Shown in pieces: positions 27,732-39,441 of a stretch of DNA of 64,000 nucleotides; the first letter of the stretch is position 1; each line of letters starts with the position of its first letter. Position numbers and translations under genes: made by a program. The stretch comes from Verrucomicrobiota bacterium (GTDB taxonomy: Bacteria; Verrucomicrobiota; Verrucomicrobiia; Limisphaerales; AAA164-E04), in NCBI GenBank assembly GCA_047947115.1, contig CP170459.1, positions 3,552,001-3,616,000 on the forward strand. Reading direction: 5' to 3'. A model generated the notes under the pieces. It was given only the letters and a program-made list of their open reading frames with translations, searched no databases and was not told the origin of the DNA.

Positions 27732-30700
27732 TTAATCTGACGGTGGCAGGGTTTTCAGTTTAATCTCCCGATTTGGAAAACGCTCCCTCAGAGACAAGTG
27801 AAATTGGTCTGCCCAGTAGGTCCAGTTCATGGATTGAAACAGTTCTATTCTCTGGCAAAGAAGCGAAAGGTCCTGGTCATCTTCCTTGATCAGTGGGCTG
27901 AGTCGATCCAGTGCTTTACCGAAGGAAGCTTCTCTCTGTGCCTCCCAAACCTCAAGAAGTCTGTAAACCCCTTCACTGGTGTCCACCCACGTTCGCAATT
28001 CGTCCAATGCCTCTTCAAATGCGGATGATCTTTCGTCCAAGCTCGATTCCAGCTGAGACAGGGAGCGGGCTTTGCGGTGCAGCAGGTCGAGGAAGTGTTC
28101 TCGATTTTCCTGCATTTGTTGATGCAATTCCTTTTCTGCGTGATTTTTCAGTTGGTGGCGCATGGAAAAGTAATTTCGAATGCTCCGGGTATCGATACCG
28201 GCAAGCATCTTATTCAAGTGCAGAATGAGCGAATCCAGGCCTGAGCTTTGGTTTTTTCCATCCAGGTGGGTCAACATGATGTCTTCCAGTTCTTTGGAAA
28301 AGGGACGCTTGGTAGTCAGGTTTTCGTACAGTGCATTGAATGTTTCAATGGATGCCGGGTTGCTGCTCATGTTTCTCAGATGGCGCACCTGGGTGTTCCA
28401 TAGCATCTCTTCCAAATCCTTACCTTGATCCGGAAGTGTGGTCGGATCTTCCTTGGCCGAGGGGATACCCGGTGTTGGGATCCAGGTGATCCTGGTGTTC
28501 AATTTGGCACCATGGTGTCGGTCGCTATCCAGCCATTGAAGGTCTCCTGTCAATGCGGAAACATGATTCTGTTGTGATTGGGCGTCCACCGAGTCACTTG
28601 GCACAAATAGCCAGAGGTTCTCCGTTTCGCCTCGATCAAAGGTGCGCCAGGGACTGTCTCCTTTCCTCAGAGCTGCGGCGCTGGATAAGGAGGTATTGAT
28701 CTGGATGGCGAGCGGGGAGGCGAGATTTTGATGGAGTACCAGCGGCATGTTTTTGATCCTTTCCAATAAGTCTCGGTCGTCATGCCAGATTTGCAAGGTG
28801 AGTGAGAGTGGGCCTTTGGGGACTGAAATCGGGTCTGTCCAGGCATCGTCCTGAACCAACAAACGTCCATGCTGATCCTCCAGCCTCCAAAGCAGTGAGC
28901 TGTAAGGGGAATCATATAGTAATTCTGACAGGCCGTGCCATTGCGGTGTGATGGGTTGATCTGTTGTGTTCTCCCAATGATAGACCATTTTCAGCACAGA
29001 CAAAGGTTCGTCGTTGACCAGCGGGTCTCTTGGGTCCTTGGACGCCTCAATGGCATGCTTGTGTGGGATCAACGAAAGCAGTCTTCCGGTCAGGTTTCCT
29101 CTGGGTTTGAGGTGGATTTGATCTTGAATGCCCTGGGCAGAGAGGGGAACGATCGTGTTCCCTGCCGGTATGACGAGCGATTCCTGAAACCGTCCTGTTC
29201 CCCTGAACCGAACATGCACCTTGAGATTCATCTCGCTTCGATTGGACCAATAGGAGGCAAAGGCCCATTCCATCGTACGATTGCCCGTTACAGGGATGCT
29301 TCCATGGTATTCAGAAAGCTCCTCGGCCCGGATATATTTTTTCCATTCATGTTCATTGAAACGCTTTTCGGGTTCCAGTTGCGTCGTATGGAGCGCCAGT
29401 CTGTCAAGGGGAGCCAACGATTCGCCTTCAATCGAGAACTCCGCCCATTGGGCCCAGGCTGGGGGGCTGAGAAAGAATCTGGAAACATCCCCCGGTTCAA
29501 GGGAAATTTCCTGTTGCCAGGTCTGCGAGGCGGAATCGTTTGTTGGATGTGGGACCATGGCGTGCACCGGGATGCGGAATAAGGGTTTGCCGGAATGCAT
29601 GTCTTTGCCCTGTATGTAGGATGCATAAGCTCCTGGTGACAAATGTCGGGTGTCCACCAGCACACTGATTTTTCCTTGCGTCCGGTGAATCAGCACGGAA
29701 TCAGGAAATTCAATCCAGTCCGCATCGGATTCAAGTGAAGCCCACACTTCGAATTCGGCTTTTTGTGACGGGGATATCTCCTCAGGAAAAATCGGTTCGA
29801 TGCTGATGCTGTGACGTGTGGGAACTTCGAGGTCTGCCCGTTCTCTGAGCAGGATTCCCCGGCCGGATGATTGACTTGAATTGCGAATTTCGTAACCCCG
29901 AATCACGGTGTCCTGTGCATCCTGGCAAAGTGCTTCAAACGCCGCTTCAACCCGGATCAGCCCAGCTCCCTGTGAAAAACGATCTATTTCCGGCATGAAC
30001 AGGGCGGCATTCTCGAGAGCCATCCGCACCTGATAGGGTTGCCAGTCGATGTGTTTCTGTTTCAGCCCGGAGAGAATCAGGGAGATGGAACCGCAAGCAT
30101 AGGGTGAAGCCATGGAGGTCCCATTCATCTGCATGGCGGGTTGCAGACTGGAGGTGGGTACCGGGGCAATCGCTCCTCCTGGCGCGCAAAGATTGACCCC
30201 CAGATCTCCGTCCAGAGTGGGGCCGCGCGAGGACCAGGTATAAAGGGTGTTTTGAGGTGCGTGTGAGATTCCGTACTGCAGCGGCATCATGGAACGATGC
30301 ACGTAAGCACCGATGGCCAGGATGGCCGAGGTGGTTCCTCCGGGGGCTCCGACGGTTGACAACGCCGGCCCCTCATTGCCGGCCGAGGCGACATAGATGA
30401 CATTGTGTTCATTGACCAGATGGTTCACCTGGTCGATGAACCATCCTTTGTTGGGGGTGGACGATGGTTCCCCGTAGCTCATGTTGATCAAATCACAATC
30501 CAGATCTCTGACCATTCTCAGGGCTCGTTGCAGGGCGATGCCCGTTTCCATGCCGTCGAGGTGGGTGTCGCCTATTTTGATGGAGACAATCTGAACTCCT
30601 GGCGCTATGCCGTTTCTTTCGGGGGCATCCGGGTAATAGGCACCGATCATGCCGGCAACATGTGTTCCGTGGGCACTCGATGGAACAACGATGGATAGCA

Positions 30701-31538
30701 GGTTGCCGTCATTGTAAACATGGACGCCGAAATGTACCAGATTGTCCGGTCCGAAACCCGCGTAGGATTGATTCACCGAGTATTCGCCCAGCAATGTTTC
30801 ATCCGAAAGATCGCCATTCGAATTGGTGTCGACCACTGCTTGCCACAGGTTGTCTGATTTGAAGACCACGCAGTCGAAGACCGGTGACGCCGGAGAAAAA
30901 TCTTTTTCCAGTTTCTCAAGAAGGTCCATGCGTTTTTCGAGATCTGCTTCCCTCGATGTTCTTTGATCTTCCGGCAGGTCTTGATCAGACCTAAGCCTTA
31001 CGAGCTCGGACTCTATGGAAGCTTTGTATGTCTCATTGGTTTTGAGCATTTCCTTTCGTAGTTCTGCTTCATAAAGATTCCACACCGATCCACCCATCAG
31101 ATCCTTTGCACGTGTCATGCCCAGATGGAAGATTCGATCCGGCAACAACCAGTCCGGATGCAGTTTCAATTCACGACCGGAAAGTCCCACGAGCGTGCCT
31201 TCATCGGATGCCTTGGCTATTTTGCTCGTGTCCACGTCGCCACTGCCGGTAGCGTCCAGAATGTCCACTATCTTGGGCAACCCCAGGGTTGTCCCTGCCA
31301 GTCCATGCGCTCCCGGATCCACGCCCGAGTCAAGGACGGCAACTCGAATCCCGCGTCCATCGTAATCCGCATGTTGCTCAAGAAAGGATCGCACCCCGGT
31401 GATCTGTTTGGGAAGAAAACCTTCATGAGAGGAGGTATCTGCTCCCATCGCCGAACACATCGGGATCAGGATGGCCAGAATAGTCCGTTGCAAACGTTGG
31501 TGTATGACCGGTATTTGGGATGGAATTGTTAGCGGCAT
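27732..31538 (-). CDS. Tripeptidyl-peptidase II homologue (S8 subtilase)
   Basis: LPK..TG...F....YDGRG, LDSGVDPGA, DATGSGDVDTS, HGTHVAG, GMETG, MSYGE, SAGNEGPALSTVGAPGG, YTWSSRGP, MNGTSMASP, followed by a long C-terminal region. Start is ATG 31538 or TTG 31574. Confidence 0.92.
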   Translation of the reverse strand: MPLTIPSQIPVIHQRLQRTILAILIPMCSAMGADTSSHEGFLPKQITGVRSFLEQHADYDGRGIRVAVLDSGVDPGAHGLAGTTLGLPKIVDILDATGSGDVDTSKIAKASDEGTLVGLSGRELKLHPDWLLPDRIFHLGMTRAKDLMGGSVWNLYEAELRKEMLKTNETYKASIESELVRLRSDQDLPEDQRTSREADLEKRMDLLEKLEKDFSPASPVFDCVVFKSDNLWQAVVDTNSNGDLSDETLLGEYSVNQSYAGFGPDNLVHFGVHVYNDGNLLSIVVPSSAHGTHVAGMIGAYYPDAPERNGIAPGVQIVSIKIGDTHLDGMETGIALQRALRMVRDLDCDLINMSYGEPSSTPNKGWFIDQVNHLVNEHNVIYVASAGNEGPALSTVGAPGGTTSAILAIGAYVHRSMMPLQYGISHAPQNTLYTWSSRGPTLDGDLGVNLCAPGGAIAPVPTSSLQPAMQMNGTSMASPYACGSISLILSGLKQKHIDWQPYQVRMALENAALFMPEIDRFSQGAGLIRVEAAFEALCQDAQDTVIRGYEIRNSSQSSGRGILLRERADLEVPTRHSISIEPIFPEEISPSQKAEFEVWASLESDADWIEFPDSVLIHRTQGKISVLVDTRHLSPGAYASYIQGKDMHSGKPLFRIPVHAMVPHPTNDSASQTWQQEISLEPGDVSRFFLSPPAWAQWAEFSIEGESLAPLDRLALHTTQLEPEKRFNEHEWKKYIRAEELSEYHGSIPVTGNRTMEWAFASYWSNRSEMNLKVHVRFRGTGRFQESLVIPAGNTIVPLSAQGIQDQIHLKPRGNLTGRLLSLIPHKHAIEASKDPRDPLVNDEPLSVLKMVYHWENTTDQPITPQWHGLSELLYDSPYSSLLWRLEDQHGRLLVQDDAWTDPISVPKGPLSLTLQIWHDDRDLLERIKNMPLVLHQNLASPLAIQINTSLSSAAALRKGDSPWRTFDRGETENLWLFVPSDSVDAQSQQNHVSALTGDLQWLDSDRHHGAKLNTRITWIPTPGIPSAKEDPTTLPDQGKDLEEMLWNTQVRHLRNMSSNPASIETFNALYENLTTKRPFSKELEDIMLTHLDGKNQSSGLDSLILHLNKMLAGIDTRSIRNYFSMRHQLKNHAEKELHQQMQENREHFLDLLHRKARSLSQLESSLDERSSAFEEALDELRTWVDTSEGVYRLLEVWEAQREASFGKALDRLSPLIKEDDQDLSLLCQRIELFQSMNWTYWADQFHLSLRERFPNREIKLKTLPPSD

Positions 31539-31578
31539 TGTTCTGGTAATAAATGATGGATGTTTAATAAGCAACTGC

Positions 31579-32880
31579 TTACTTGGTTGCTGTGTCCGGA
31601 TGAATCCACGGCTTTTTCTGTAGGGTTCTCATTGTTTGAAGGAGTTGAGAGTCATCCCGCTCCTGAATGTCTGCGTTGGTGGGGTCCATTGCCTTCAACA
31701 AGTGATGGGTTGCCGTTCGAACCTCCATCTCACCATGAAACTGATCTCTGAGGAAATGAATGCATTTCATGCATTGGAAGCCGTCGAACCATTGAAAGAA
31801 ACGGCGTTGATAAGCTTCGAACCCGGCTGTGCCTCTGAAGCATGATGTCCAACTGTTCCAACCATCCGTCGCATCCAGGAAATCTCCAATCCGGCTTGAA
31901 ACCTGATCCTTGGGGAGGAAAGTTTCATCCTTATTGGCGAAAGGATCATGAGCGCGTGCCAGTTGGAAAAACGACTTAAGATCCATGAAGGCCTCCCAGG
32001 GATAAGTGGGAAAATTCTTTTGCCCCAGATGTTTGGAAACAGCTCTTCCAGTGCCGAAAGGAACTCGGTCCGATGGTCGCGGTGAGGGGAATACAGTTGT
32101 GTCCGTTAATTCCGTGAAATGTCCCAATGGGATGATTTTGTGCAGAAAGTAAAAATCTTCTCCGGCTTTGCGTCGGTTCATACCGCCCTGAGCCATATAG
32201 ACCGGGGCTCTCACTCCCATCGATGATCCAATGGTATGGAAGGCATGAGGGAAACCTGCATGCCGCAGTGCCTGCACATAATACCTTAGATGCAATTCGT
32301 AGAGTCCGGCCGTTTCATAAATGTCCGGTGCAAGGTTGCCGGAGAGGGGATGTTCAAAGTGAAGGCTGCATCCTGGCGTTTTGGGATGTGTTTGAAAATG
32401 AGATTCGAGCGCGGTCAGATAGTTGCTTTCGCAGATGCTGTCTGCATCCAGACCGACGATAAACCCGTCGTTCAGAAAACCTGATTGATCCAATCGGTGC
32501 AGCGCCTCATCCATTCCGATCTTTCGAGCCAAACCCACACCGGCGTTTTTTGGGGGGAGATTCATGGCATCGATGACATGCATGTTCAGTTTGGATGTGC
32601 TGTGCTGTTTCGTGAATGCAGTGATTTCCTCATATGCATGCGTTTGTTCCGTGCGTATGTTTTCGGCAGCCGAAGCACTGGCATTCACCACCACAAGCAC
32701 TTCAAACGAACCATTTGGGGGATCGCATTGCATGAGGGAAATCAGCGTGTCCTTCCAATCCGGTTCCAGGTAGCAGGGTATGACGATGACACCCACCAAC
32801 GCTTCGGCTGGCGGAGTGACGATGACGGGTGCATTACCCTGAAAGCGGGTGATGTATCGGTCCAACCTTTTCTCAGTCAT
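31579..32880 (-). CDS. Glycosyltransferase family 2-like protein
   Basis: VIVIPC, GVGLARKIGMD, DxD (LDADS), GGM...AGEDFYF. Confidence 0.8.
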   Translation of the reverse strand: MTEKRLDRYITRFQGNAPVIVTPPAEALVGVIVIPCYLEPDWKDTLISLMQCDPPNGSFEVLVVVNASASAAENIRTEQTHAYEEITAFTKQHSTSKLNMHVIDAMNLPPKNAGVGLARKIGMDEALHRLDQSGFLNDGFIVGLDADSICESNYLTALESHFQTHPKTPGCSLHFEHPLSGNLAPDIYETAGLYELHLRYYVQALRHAGFPHAFHTIGSSMGVRAPVYMAQGGMNRRKAGEDFYFLHKIIPLGHFTELTDTTVFPSPRPSDRVPFGTGRAVSKHLGQKNFPTYPWEAFMDLKSFFQLARAHDPFANKDETFLPKDQVSSRIGDFLDATDGWNSWTSCFRGTAGFEAYQRRFFQWFDGFQCMKCIHFLRDQFHGEMEVRTATHHLLKAMDPTNADIQERDDSQLLQTMRTLQKKPWIHPDTATK

Positions 32881-33022
32881 GGATCTTTTGATGGATAACC
32901 ATCGGTTTTTGAATGTCGAATCTCAGATGGGTTCATGCTATCCAGATACCATCTACCTTCAAAATGATAATCCTTTATTTTTTCCAATTGTTGTTTGGTG
33001 TGTCCTGTGGATAATGCCCCTC

Positions 33023-33721
33023 ATGAAACCACGTTTGTTTGCATGGCTTGCTCATTGGGGAAATGGTTGGAGTTTTGCCGCTCTCTTGTTGTTTTTGTTT
33101 GGATTGAATGCCGGAATGGCGGCAAACGGACAGGATTTTTCAAAATGGGAAGAAGCTATTTCAAAATTTGAAGCGGCCGATAAGGAGCAGGAACCTGCCA
33201 GTAAAGGAGTACTTTTTCTGGGCAGCTCGAGTATCCGGATGTGGAAGAAGGTGGCGGAGGATTTTCCAAAGCACCAGGTGATCAACCGGGGTTTCGGAGG
33301 GTCGACCTTGCCGGATTGTATTCATTTCTTTGATCGACTCGTGTTGCCTTACAAGCCTTCGACCATTGTCTTTTACGAAGGAGACAACGACATTGGCCGC
33401 GGAGATACAGCTCGGACGGTCTATGAACATTTCAAAACCTTTGCCGCGATGGTGAAGGAGCAGTTGCCGGGGACCAGGTTGATCTTCATTGCCATCAAAC
33501 CGAGCATCAAGCGCTGGGATCAGGCTCCGGAAATGAAAAAGGCCAACCGCATGATTCAACATTACGTTTGGTTGAACAATGATCTCGGTTTTGCCGATAT
33601 CTGGGATCCCATGCTGGGTGAAGATGGCAAGCCGCGCCCGGAATTGTTTCTGAAAGACGGACTGCACATGACCCCGAAAGGGTATGAAATCTGGACCCGG
33701 ATTGTTGCGGCGGAACTTTGA
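33023..33721 (+). CDS. SGNH/GDSL hydrolase, exported
   Basis: FLGSSSI, NRGFGG, YEGDND, DGLH; signal-like N-terminus. Start is uncertain (33014 or 33023). Confidence 0.88.
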   Translation: MKPRLFAWLAHWGNGWSFAALLLFLFGLNAGMAANGQDFSKWEEAISKFEAADKEQEPASKGVLFLGSSSIRMWKKVAEDFPKHQVINRGFGGSTLPDCIHFFDRLVLPYKPSTIVFYEGDNDIGRGDTARTVYEHFKTFAAMVKEQLPGTRLIFIAIKPSIKRWDQAPEMKKANRMIQHYVWLNNDLGFADIWDPMLGEDGKPRPELFLKDGLHMTPKGYEIWTRIVAAEL

Positions 33722-33770
33722 GGTTCTACCGTGGTTCCGATGCATGAGGAGGCTCTGCCTGAAATTTGGT

Positions 33771-36314
33771 TCAGGGGCCGACGGTGGCCACCGTCATCCG
33801 ATCGCTGACAAAGTAAGTCTGTGCCGCTCGCTGGATGTCCTCCAGCGTGACCGCTTGGATGGCCTTGTCTTCGCTCAGGTGGTTTTCGTAGCCCAGACCA
33901 TATAGCTCATCCAAAGCCGTGTTCATGGCGAGGTTCCCCAGATCTTGCCGGGCGATTTGTTTCTGACCAAGCAGCTTGGCCTTGGATCGGTCGAGTTCTT
34001 TGCGAGTGATGCCTTCAATTTTGATCTTGTCAAATTGTGCCAGGAACTCTGCTTTGACCTGTTCTACATGTTCGGGGGAGGTGCCTGCATAAAAACCGAA
34101 ATATCCGGGCACCAATCCGGGCATGTGCTGCGCTCCAACGTAATAGGCCAGCCCCAGTTCATCCCTGATGCGCATGAACAGTCTGGACCCCAGGTCACTG
34201 CATGTTTCTTGAATCAAATCCAGAGCGTAGCGATCTTTGTCAAAGAAGGTGGTTCCTTTGAAGCCAAACACCACCACGGCTTGCTTCTTGTCGCACTTTT
34301 CAGAGACCTCCTGTTGCTGGATGGCGGCTTCGGGTGTTTCGGACGGCAAACGTACCGGCTCGGACTTGGGGGCGTTCTCCCACCATTTCATGAGAGAATC
34401 CTTCATTTGATTCACATCAATGTCTCCGAAAACGGCGGTCACCTGATTGCCGGGAACGACCAGTTTGCTGAAATGGGCCTGGACTTTGTCGAGTTGCAGT
34501 GATTGGACCGACCCTTCCTCTCCGGATGTGCTCAGGCCGTACTGAGCTTCTCCGAACAATCCACGACGCATGATTCGAAAACACCGACTAAGGAGGTGAT
34601 CTTTTTGAGATCGGATCCCGGCCAGTTGAACCTGTCGTTCACGTTCCATTTCCTGCTCGGGAAAGGTACTGTGTCGTAGGATGTCCTGAAGCGTTTCCAT
34701 TCCAAAAACGGCATCCTGGTTCAATACTTCAATATTCAACCCGAAACTGTTATTTCCTGCGTAAGATTCGATGCTGCCACCGACGGATTCGACGGACTCC
34801 ATGAGCTGGACCGCCGTGTGGTGGGCGGTGCCTTTAAGAAGACCTTGTCCCATCCATTGGGTGATGCCACTGTTTTGTGGGGTTTCCTCCAGCACTCCGC
34901 CATAGAAAACCGATCGAACCTCCACAAAAGGCAGGCGTTTGTCGTCCATGAAAAGGACGCGCATGCCGTTACCGGGTTCCCATTTTTCAATCTCAGATTT
35001 TCGGGCGGTTGTGGTGCGAGCTGATTTCCTGGGAGTGCATCCTTCGGGAAGCAGAGCAAATAGAGAGCGGTTATCCGAAACCAGATATCGTTTGGCCGCA
35101 TCAATGACCTGGGCGGGTGTCAGGGATTGGACTTCCTTCAGGTATCGGTCTGAAAAATTCAAATCACGGGCCGCCATCCAGGCGCTTCCGAGGTCCTGTG
35201 CCTGGCCCTGCATCGTTTTGCGAGAGGACAAGGTGGCGGAGGTGAATTGCTTGATGGTTTTGGAGAGTTCCGATTCTGAAATGCCTTTTTCAAGCGTGCG
35301 GTCGATTTCCGCCTGCAACGCCTCCATGACCGGGGTGAACTGATCTCCATCAAAAACGGCGCTGGCGCCAAATAACCCCGGCTTTCCCGGATTATAGGTC
35401 CAGGCATCGATGGCGTGCACGATGCCGAGTTCTTCGCGCAAACGTCGGTAAAGACGGGAACTTCGTCCTCCACCCATCAGAATGGAAAAGGCTTCCAGGG
35501 CGGGGAGATCCTGATGACGCACGTCCGGTATGTGCCAGGACACATGGGCGTGTCCCAGTTCAATGGGGGACTCTTCGATGCGTTGTCTGGGGGAAAGCTG
35601 ACGTGGTTCCGGAAGGATATAGGGAGGTTCCAGCGGACGAAAGCGAGCGTCCTGATACGCTTCACACATTTGCGCCATGATCTCTTCGGTGTTCATGTCG
35701 CCCACCACCACGAAAAACTGGTTCGAAGGGGTGTACATGGTCTGATAGTATTCAAACACGTCCTCCCTTCGAATACGATCAAAGACATCCGGATACCCGA
35801 TGACCGTGTAACGATAGGGAGAATGGAGGTAGGCCGTTTCGAACAAACCGCGTCCGGAGCGTCTTGATGGATCGTCGTGGTTCATGTCCATCTCTCTGCG
35901 GATGACATCCAGTTCACTGACCAATTCATCCTCCGGCAGGGTGGCGTTTTGCATGATGTCCGTGAGGATGTCCACAGCCACTCCGGCACCGGAGGACGGG
36001 GCATTGATGTAATAAACGGTTCGGTCGAACGAGGTGTAGGCGTTCATGTAACCGCCTGCTTCCTGCACTTCCTGGTCGATGCGGCCTTTGCCTCTTGTCT
36101 TGGTGCCCTTGAAAAGCATGTGTTCCAGCACATGCGACAAACCAGCCCCCAACCATTTTCCCTCGTGAATGCTTCCTGCTTCGCACCAGGCCTGGACGGA
36201 AACGACGGAACTACTCCTGTCTTCGAGCAGGATGACGGTCAGTCCGTTGGGGAGTGTGCAGAGTTGGGCGCCGGATGGCTGGATGGAGCGTGAGTAGGCT
36301 GCTGAGCTGGACAT
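33771..36314 (-). CDS. M16 (insulinase/pitrilysin family) zinc peptidase, two-module fusion
   Basis: LPNGL, HVLEH inverted zinc motif, MNAYTSFDRT; the second module lacks HxxEH. Confidence 0.93.
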   Translation of the reverse strand: MSSSAAYSRSIQPSGAQLCTLPNGLTVILLEDRSSSVVSVQAWCEAGSIHEGKWLGAGLSHVLEHMLFKGTKTRGKGRIDQEVQEAGGYMNAYTSFDRTVYYINAPSSGAGVAVDILTDIMQNATLPEDELVSELDVIRREMDMNHDDPSRRSGRGLFETAYLHSPYRYTVIGYPDVFDRIRREDVFEYYQTMYTPSNQFFVVVGDMNTEEIMAQMCEAYQDARFRPLEPPYILPEPRQLSPRQRIEESPIELGHAHVSWHIPDVRHQDLPALEAFSILMGGGRSSRLYRRLREELGIVHAIDAWTYNPGKPGLFGASAVFDGDQFTPVMEALQAEIDRTLEKGISESELSKTIKQFTSATLSSRKTMQGQAQDLGSAWMAARDLNFSDRYLKEVQSLTPAQVIDAAKRYLVSDNRSLFALLPEGCTPRKSARTTTARKSEIEKWEPGNGMRVLFMDDKRLPFVEVRSVFYGGVLEETPQNSGITQWMGQGLLKGTAHHTAVQLMESVESVGGSIESYAGNNSFGLNIEVLNQDAVFGMETLQDILRHSTFPEQEMERERQVQLAGIRSQKDHLLSRCFRIMRRGLFGEAQYGLSTSGEEGSVQSLQLDKVQAHFSKLVVPGNQVTAVFGDIDVNQMKDSLMKWWENAPKSEPVRLPSETPEAAIQQQEVSEKCDKKQAVVVFGFKGTTFFDKDRYALDLIQETCSDLGSRLFMRIRDELGLAYYVGAQHMPGLVPGYFGFYAGTSPEHVEQVKAEFLAQFDKIKIEGITRKELDRSKAKLLGQKQIARQDLGNLAMNTALDELYGLGYENHLSEDKAIQAVTLEDIQRAAQTYFVSDRMTVATVGP

Positions 36315-36394
36315 GTCAAGTGATTCATTGGATCATCCACTCTATCGGGACATGGGGGCATGTTCGGGCAGAGGCGGATGATTGTAAGCAGGGG

Positions 36395-36844
36395 TCAGGC
36401 CCTGTCCTTTTGTGTTTGGTTTGATCTTGGTTTTTCCGGGGAAAAGGGAAGCCGCATGCGGGGAAGGAAAGGTTTGCGAAAAGCTTCCTCAAAGTCATAA
36501 ATGGATTTGAAATCTTCGCGGGTATCGTCCGCAGTCTTTGAAAGCAGTTTGCTGTCAACCATGTTGAACACAATCTCCCCGAAATCTTCGCACCTGGTAA
36601 CGCCCCAATCGTTGAGGACGGTCAAGGCCATGGGGCCGAACTGTTCAATGGCGAGATCACGAATGCCCTCCAGCAATTCTTTGCCGCTGACGTGTTGGGG
36701 TTGCTTGCGCCCCGAGCTTGGTTTTCTGAGCTGGGCCTGGGTATGGTCCAGCGCGTCCCTGAGGAAATAATAGGCGTCTGCCGCAAACCGTGGATCGGTC
36801 TGCGAAATCTGCTCAATAGTCTGGTCAAAGTCTAGTGTCTGCAT
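36395..36844 (-). CDS. Minf_1886-family (Verrucomicrobia/Planctomycetes-conserved) protein
   Basis: DPRF..DAY.F, HVSGKELLEG, FGPMA..VL..WG...EDFGEIVFNMV, DTREDF. Confidence 0.85.
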   Translation of the reverse strand: MQTLDFDQTIEQISQTDPRFAADAYYFLRDALDHTQAQLRKPSSGRKQPQHVSGKELLEGIRDLAIEQFGPMALTVLNDWGVTRCEDFGEIVFNMVDSKLLSKTADDTREDFKSIYDFEEAFRKPFLPRMRLPFSPEKPRSNQTQKDRA

Positions 36845-36852
36845 CGTTCACC

Positions 36853-36984
36853 TCAAGGCGCCGACTGGATTTGCCCTGCCTGCTGGGGGCGGGAGGCACG
36901 ATGGTGTTTGACACCATACCCGACCATCAACAGAACCAGGATCCAAAATACCGCCCATTGTTCCTTCTGGGTAAGAAAAGGCAC
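36853..36984 (-). CDS. Small single-TM membrane protein (43 aa), below the ORF-track cutoff
   Basis: GTG...TGA: MPFLTQKEQWAVFWILVLLMVGYGVKHHRASRPQQAGQIQSAP. The stop overlaps the GAGGTG SD-like sequence of the next gene (8-nt gap). Confidence 0.6.
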   Translation of the reverse strand: MPFLTQKEQWAVFWILVLLMVGYGVKHHRASRPQQAGQIQSAP

Positions 36985-37092
36985 CTCCTTTCGTTACCCT
37001 TAAAACGGTGATCTGACAACAACTTCATGAAAGTTTTTCTGGTCTTGGCCGCCTCCTTGCGGTCTGGTGGGGGTAGGTCATGTTGTTTGAGT

Positions 37093-37581
37093 ATGTTTGT
37101 TCAGTTTAATTGGAACAGTCAACGGAGGGTGAAACCTGGAGGACTGTGGAAGTGGTTGCTCTTGTTTGTGGGGTTCCCATTGCTTGAACTGTGGCTGATC
37201 TTGAAGCTAGGGGCGGTCATGGGATGGGGGGTGACCTTGTGGTTGATCCTGATGACGGGCGTGATTGGCGGCACCCTGGCGCATCGGCAGGGATTTGCCA
37301 CCATTCAGAAAATCCAAATCGAGTTAAGCCAGGGAAGGATGCCTGCCGGGGCTCTTTTCGAGGGTTTGTTGATTTTGGTTGCGGGGCTGGTCTTGATCAC
37401 ACCCGGTATCCTGACCGATTCGATCGGCTTCTGTCTGCTCATTCCCCCCGTACGCGCGCTGATTTGCCGTCGATTGATCAAATCGGTAGGAAGCAAATTT
37501 CAAGGTGCTCCCGGATCCGCGCCCTCCACTGGCGCGCGTCCGGCACAAAACCTTGATGGGGATGATGTGATCGATGTTTGA
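37093..37581 (+). CDS. fxsA: FxsA family membrane protein
   Basis: LLFVGFPLLELWLIL, QG, LITPGILTDSIG..L.IP. Start is uncertain (37093 or 37129). Confidence 0.85.
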   Translation: MFVQFNWNSQRRVKPGGLWKWLLLFVGFPLLELWLILKLGAVMGWGVTLWLILMTGVIGGTLAHRQGFATIQKIQIELSQGRMPAGALFEGLLILVAGLVLITPGILTDSIGFCLLIPPVRALICRRLIKSVGSKFQGAPGSAPSTGARPAQNLDGDDVIDV

Positions 37582-37634
37582 GAGGTGATGGAACACCATT
37601 GCCAGCTTGGTCCTGCCTTGTTAAGGTGTTCGGC

Positions 37635-37838
37635 ATGTTCAAAACCGAATATATGAATTTGCAGCCCACCGAAATCGCCATCCTGACCAGTGCGTCCGCG
37701 ATTTTTGCCGCCAAGGTTTCGTCCGGGCGCGTGGATGCCGATAATGAGGATCAGGCCGTGGAGGAATGCGTCGACCAAGCCATCAAGTTGGCCAAACGCG
37801 TTGAAAGCCTTGTGAAGACTCAAGGTGAAATGGGGTGA
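37635..37838 (+). CDS. Small hypothetical helical protein
   Basis: LQPTEIAILTSASAIFAA...AIKLAKRVESLV reads as a folded protein and fills the gap after fxsA. Confidence 0.6.
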   Translation: MFKTEYMNLQPTEIAILTSASAIFAAKVSSGRVDADNEDQAVEECVDQAIKLAKRVESLVKTQGEMG

Positions 37839-37866
37839 TTTCAAATTCGAAGGGAACCACCCGGTT

Positions 37867-39441
<1,575 letters not shown>

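Noticed and set aside
16022..33023. General leaderless transcription (-10-like hexamers 6-7 nt before the starts at 16035, 20532 and 33023)
   Set aside because: The hexamers are too degenerate (TACATT, TAGTTC, GATAAT) to claim without TSS mapping.
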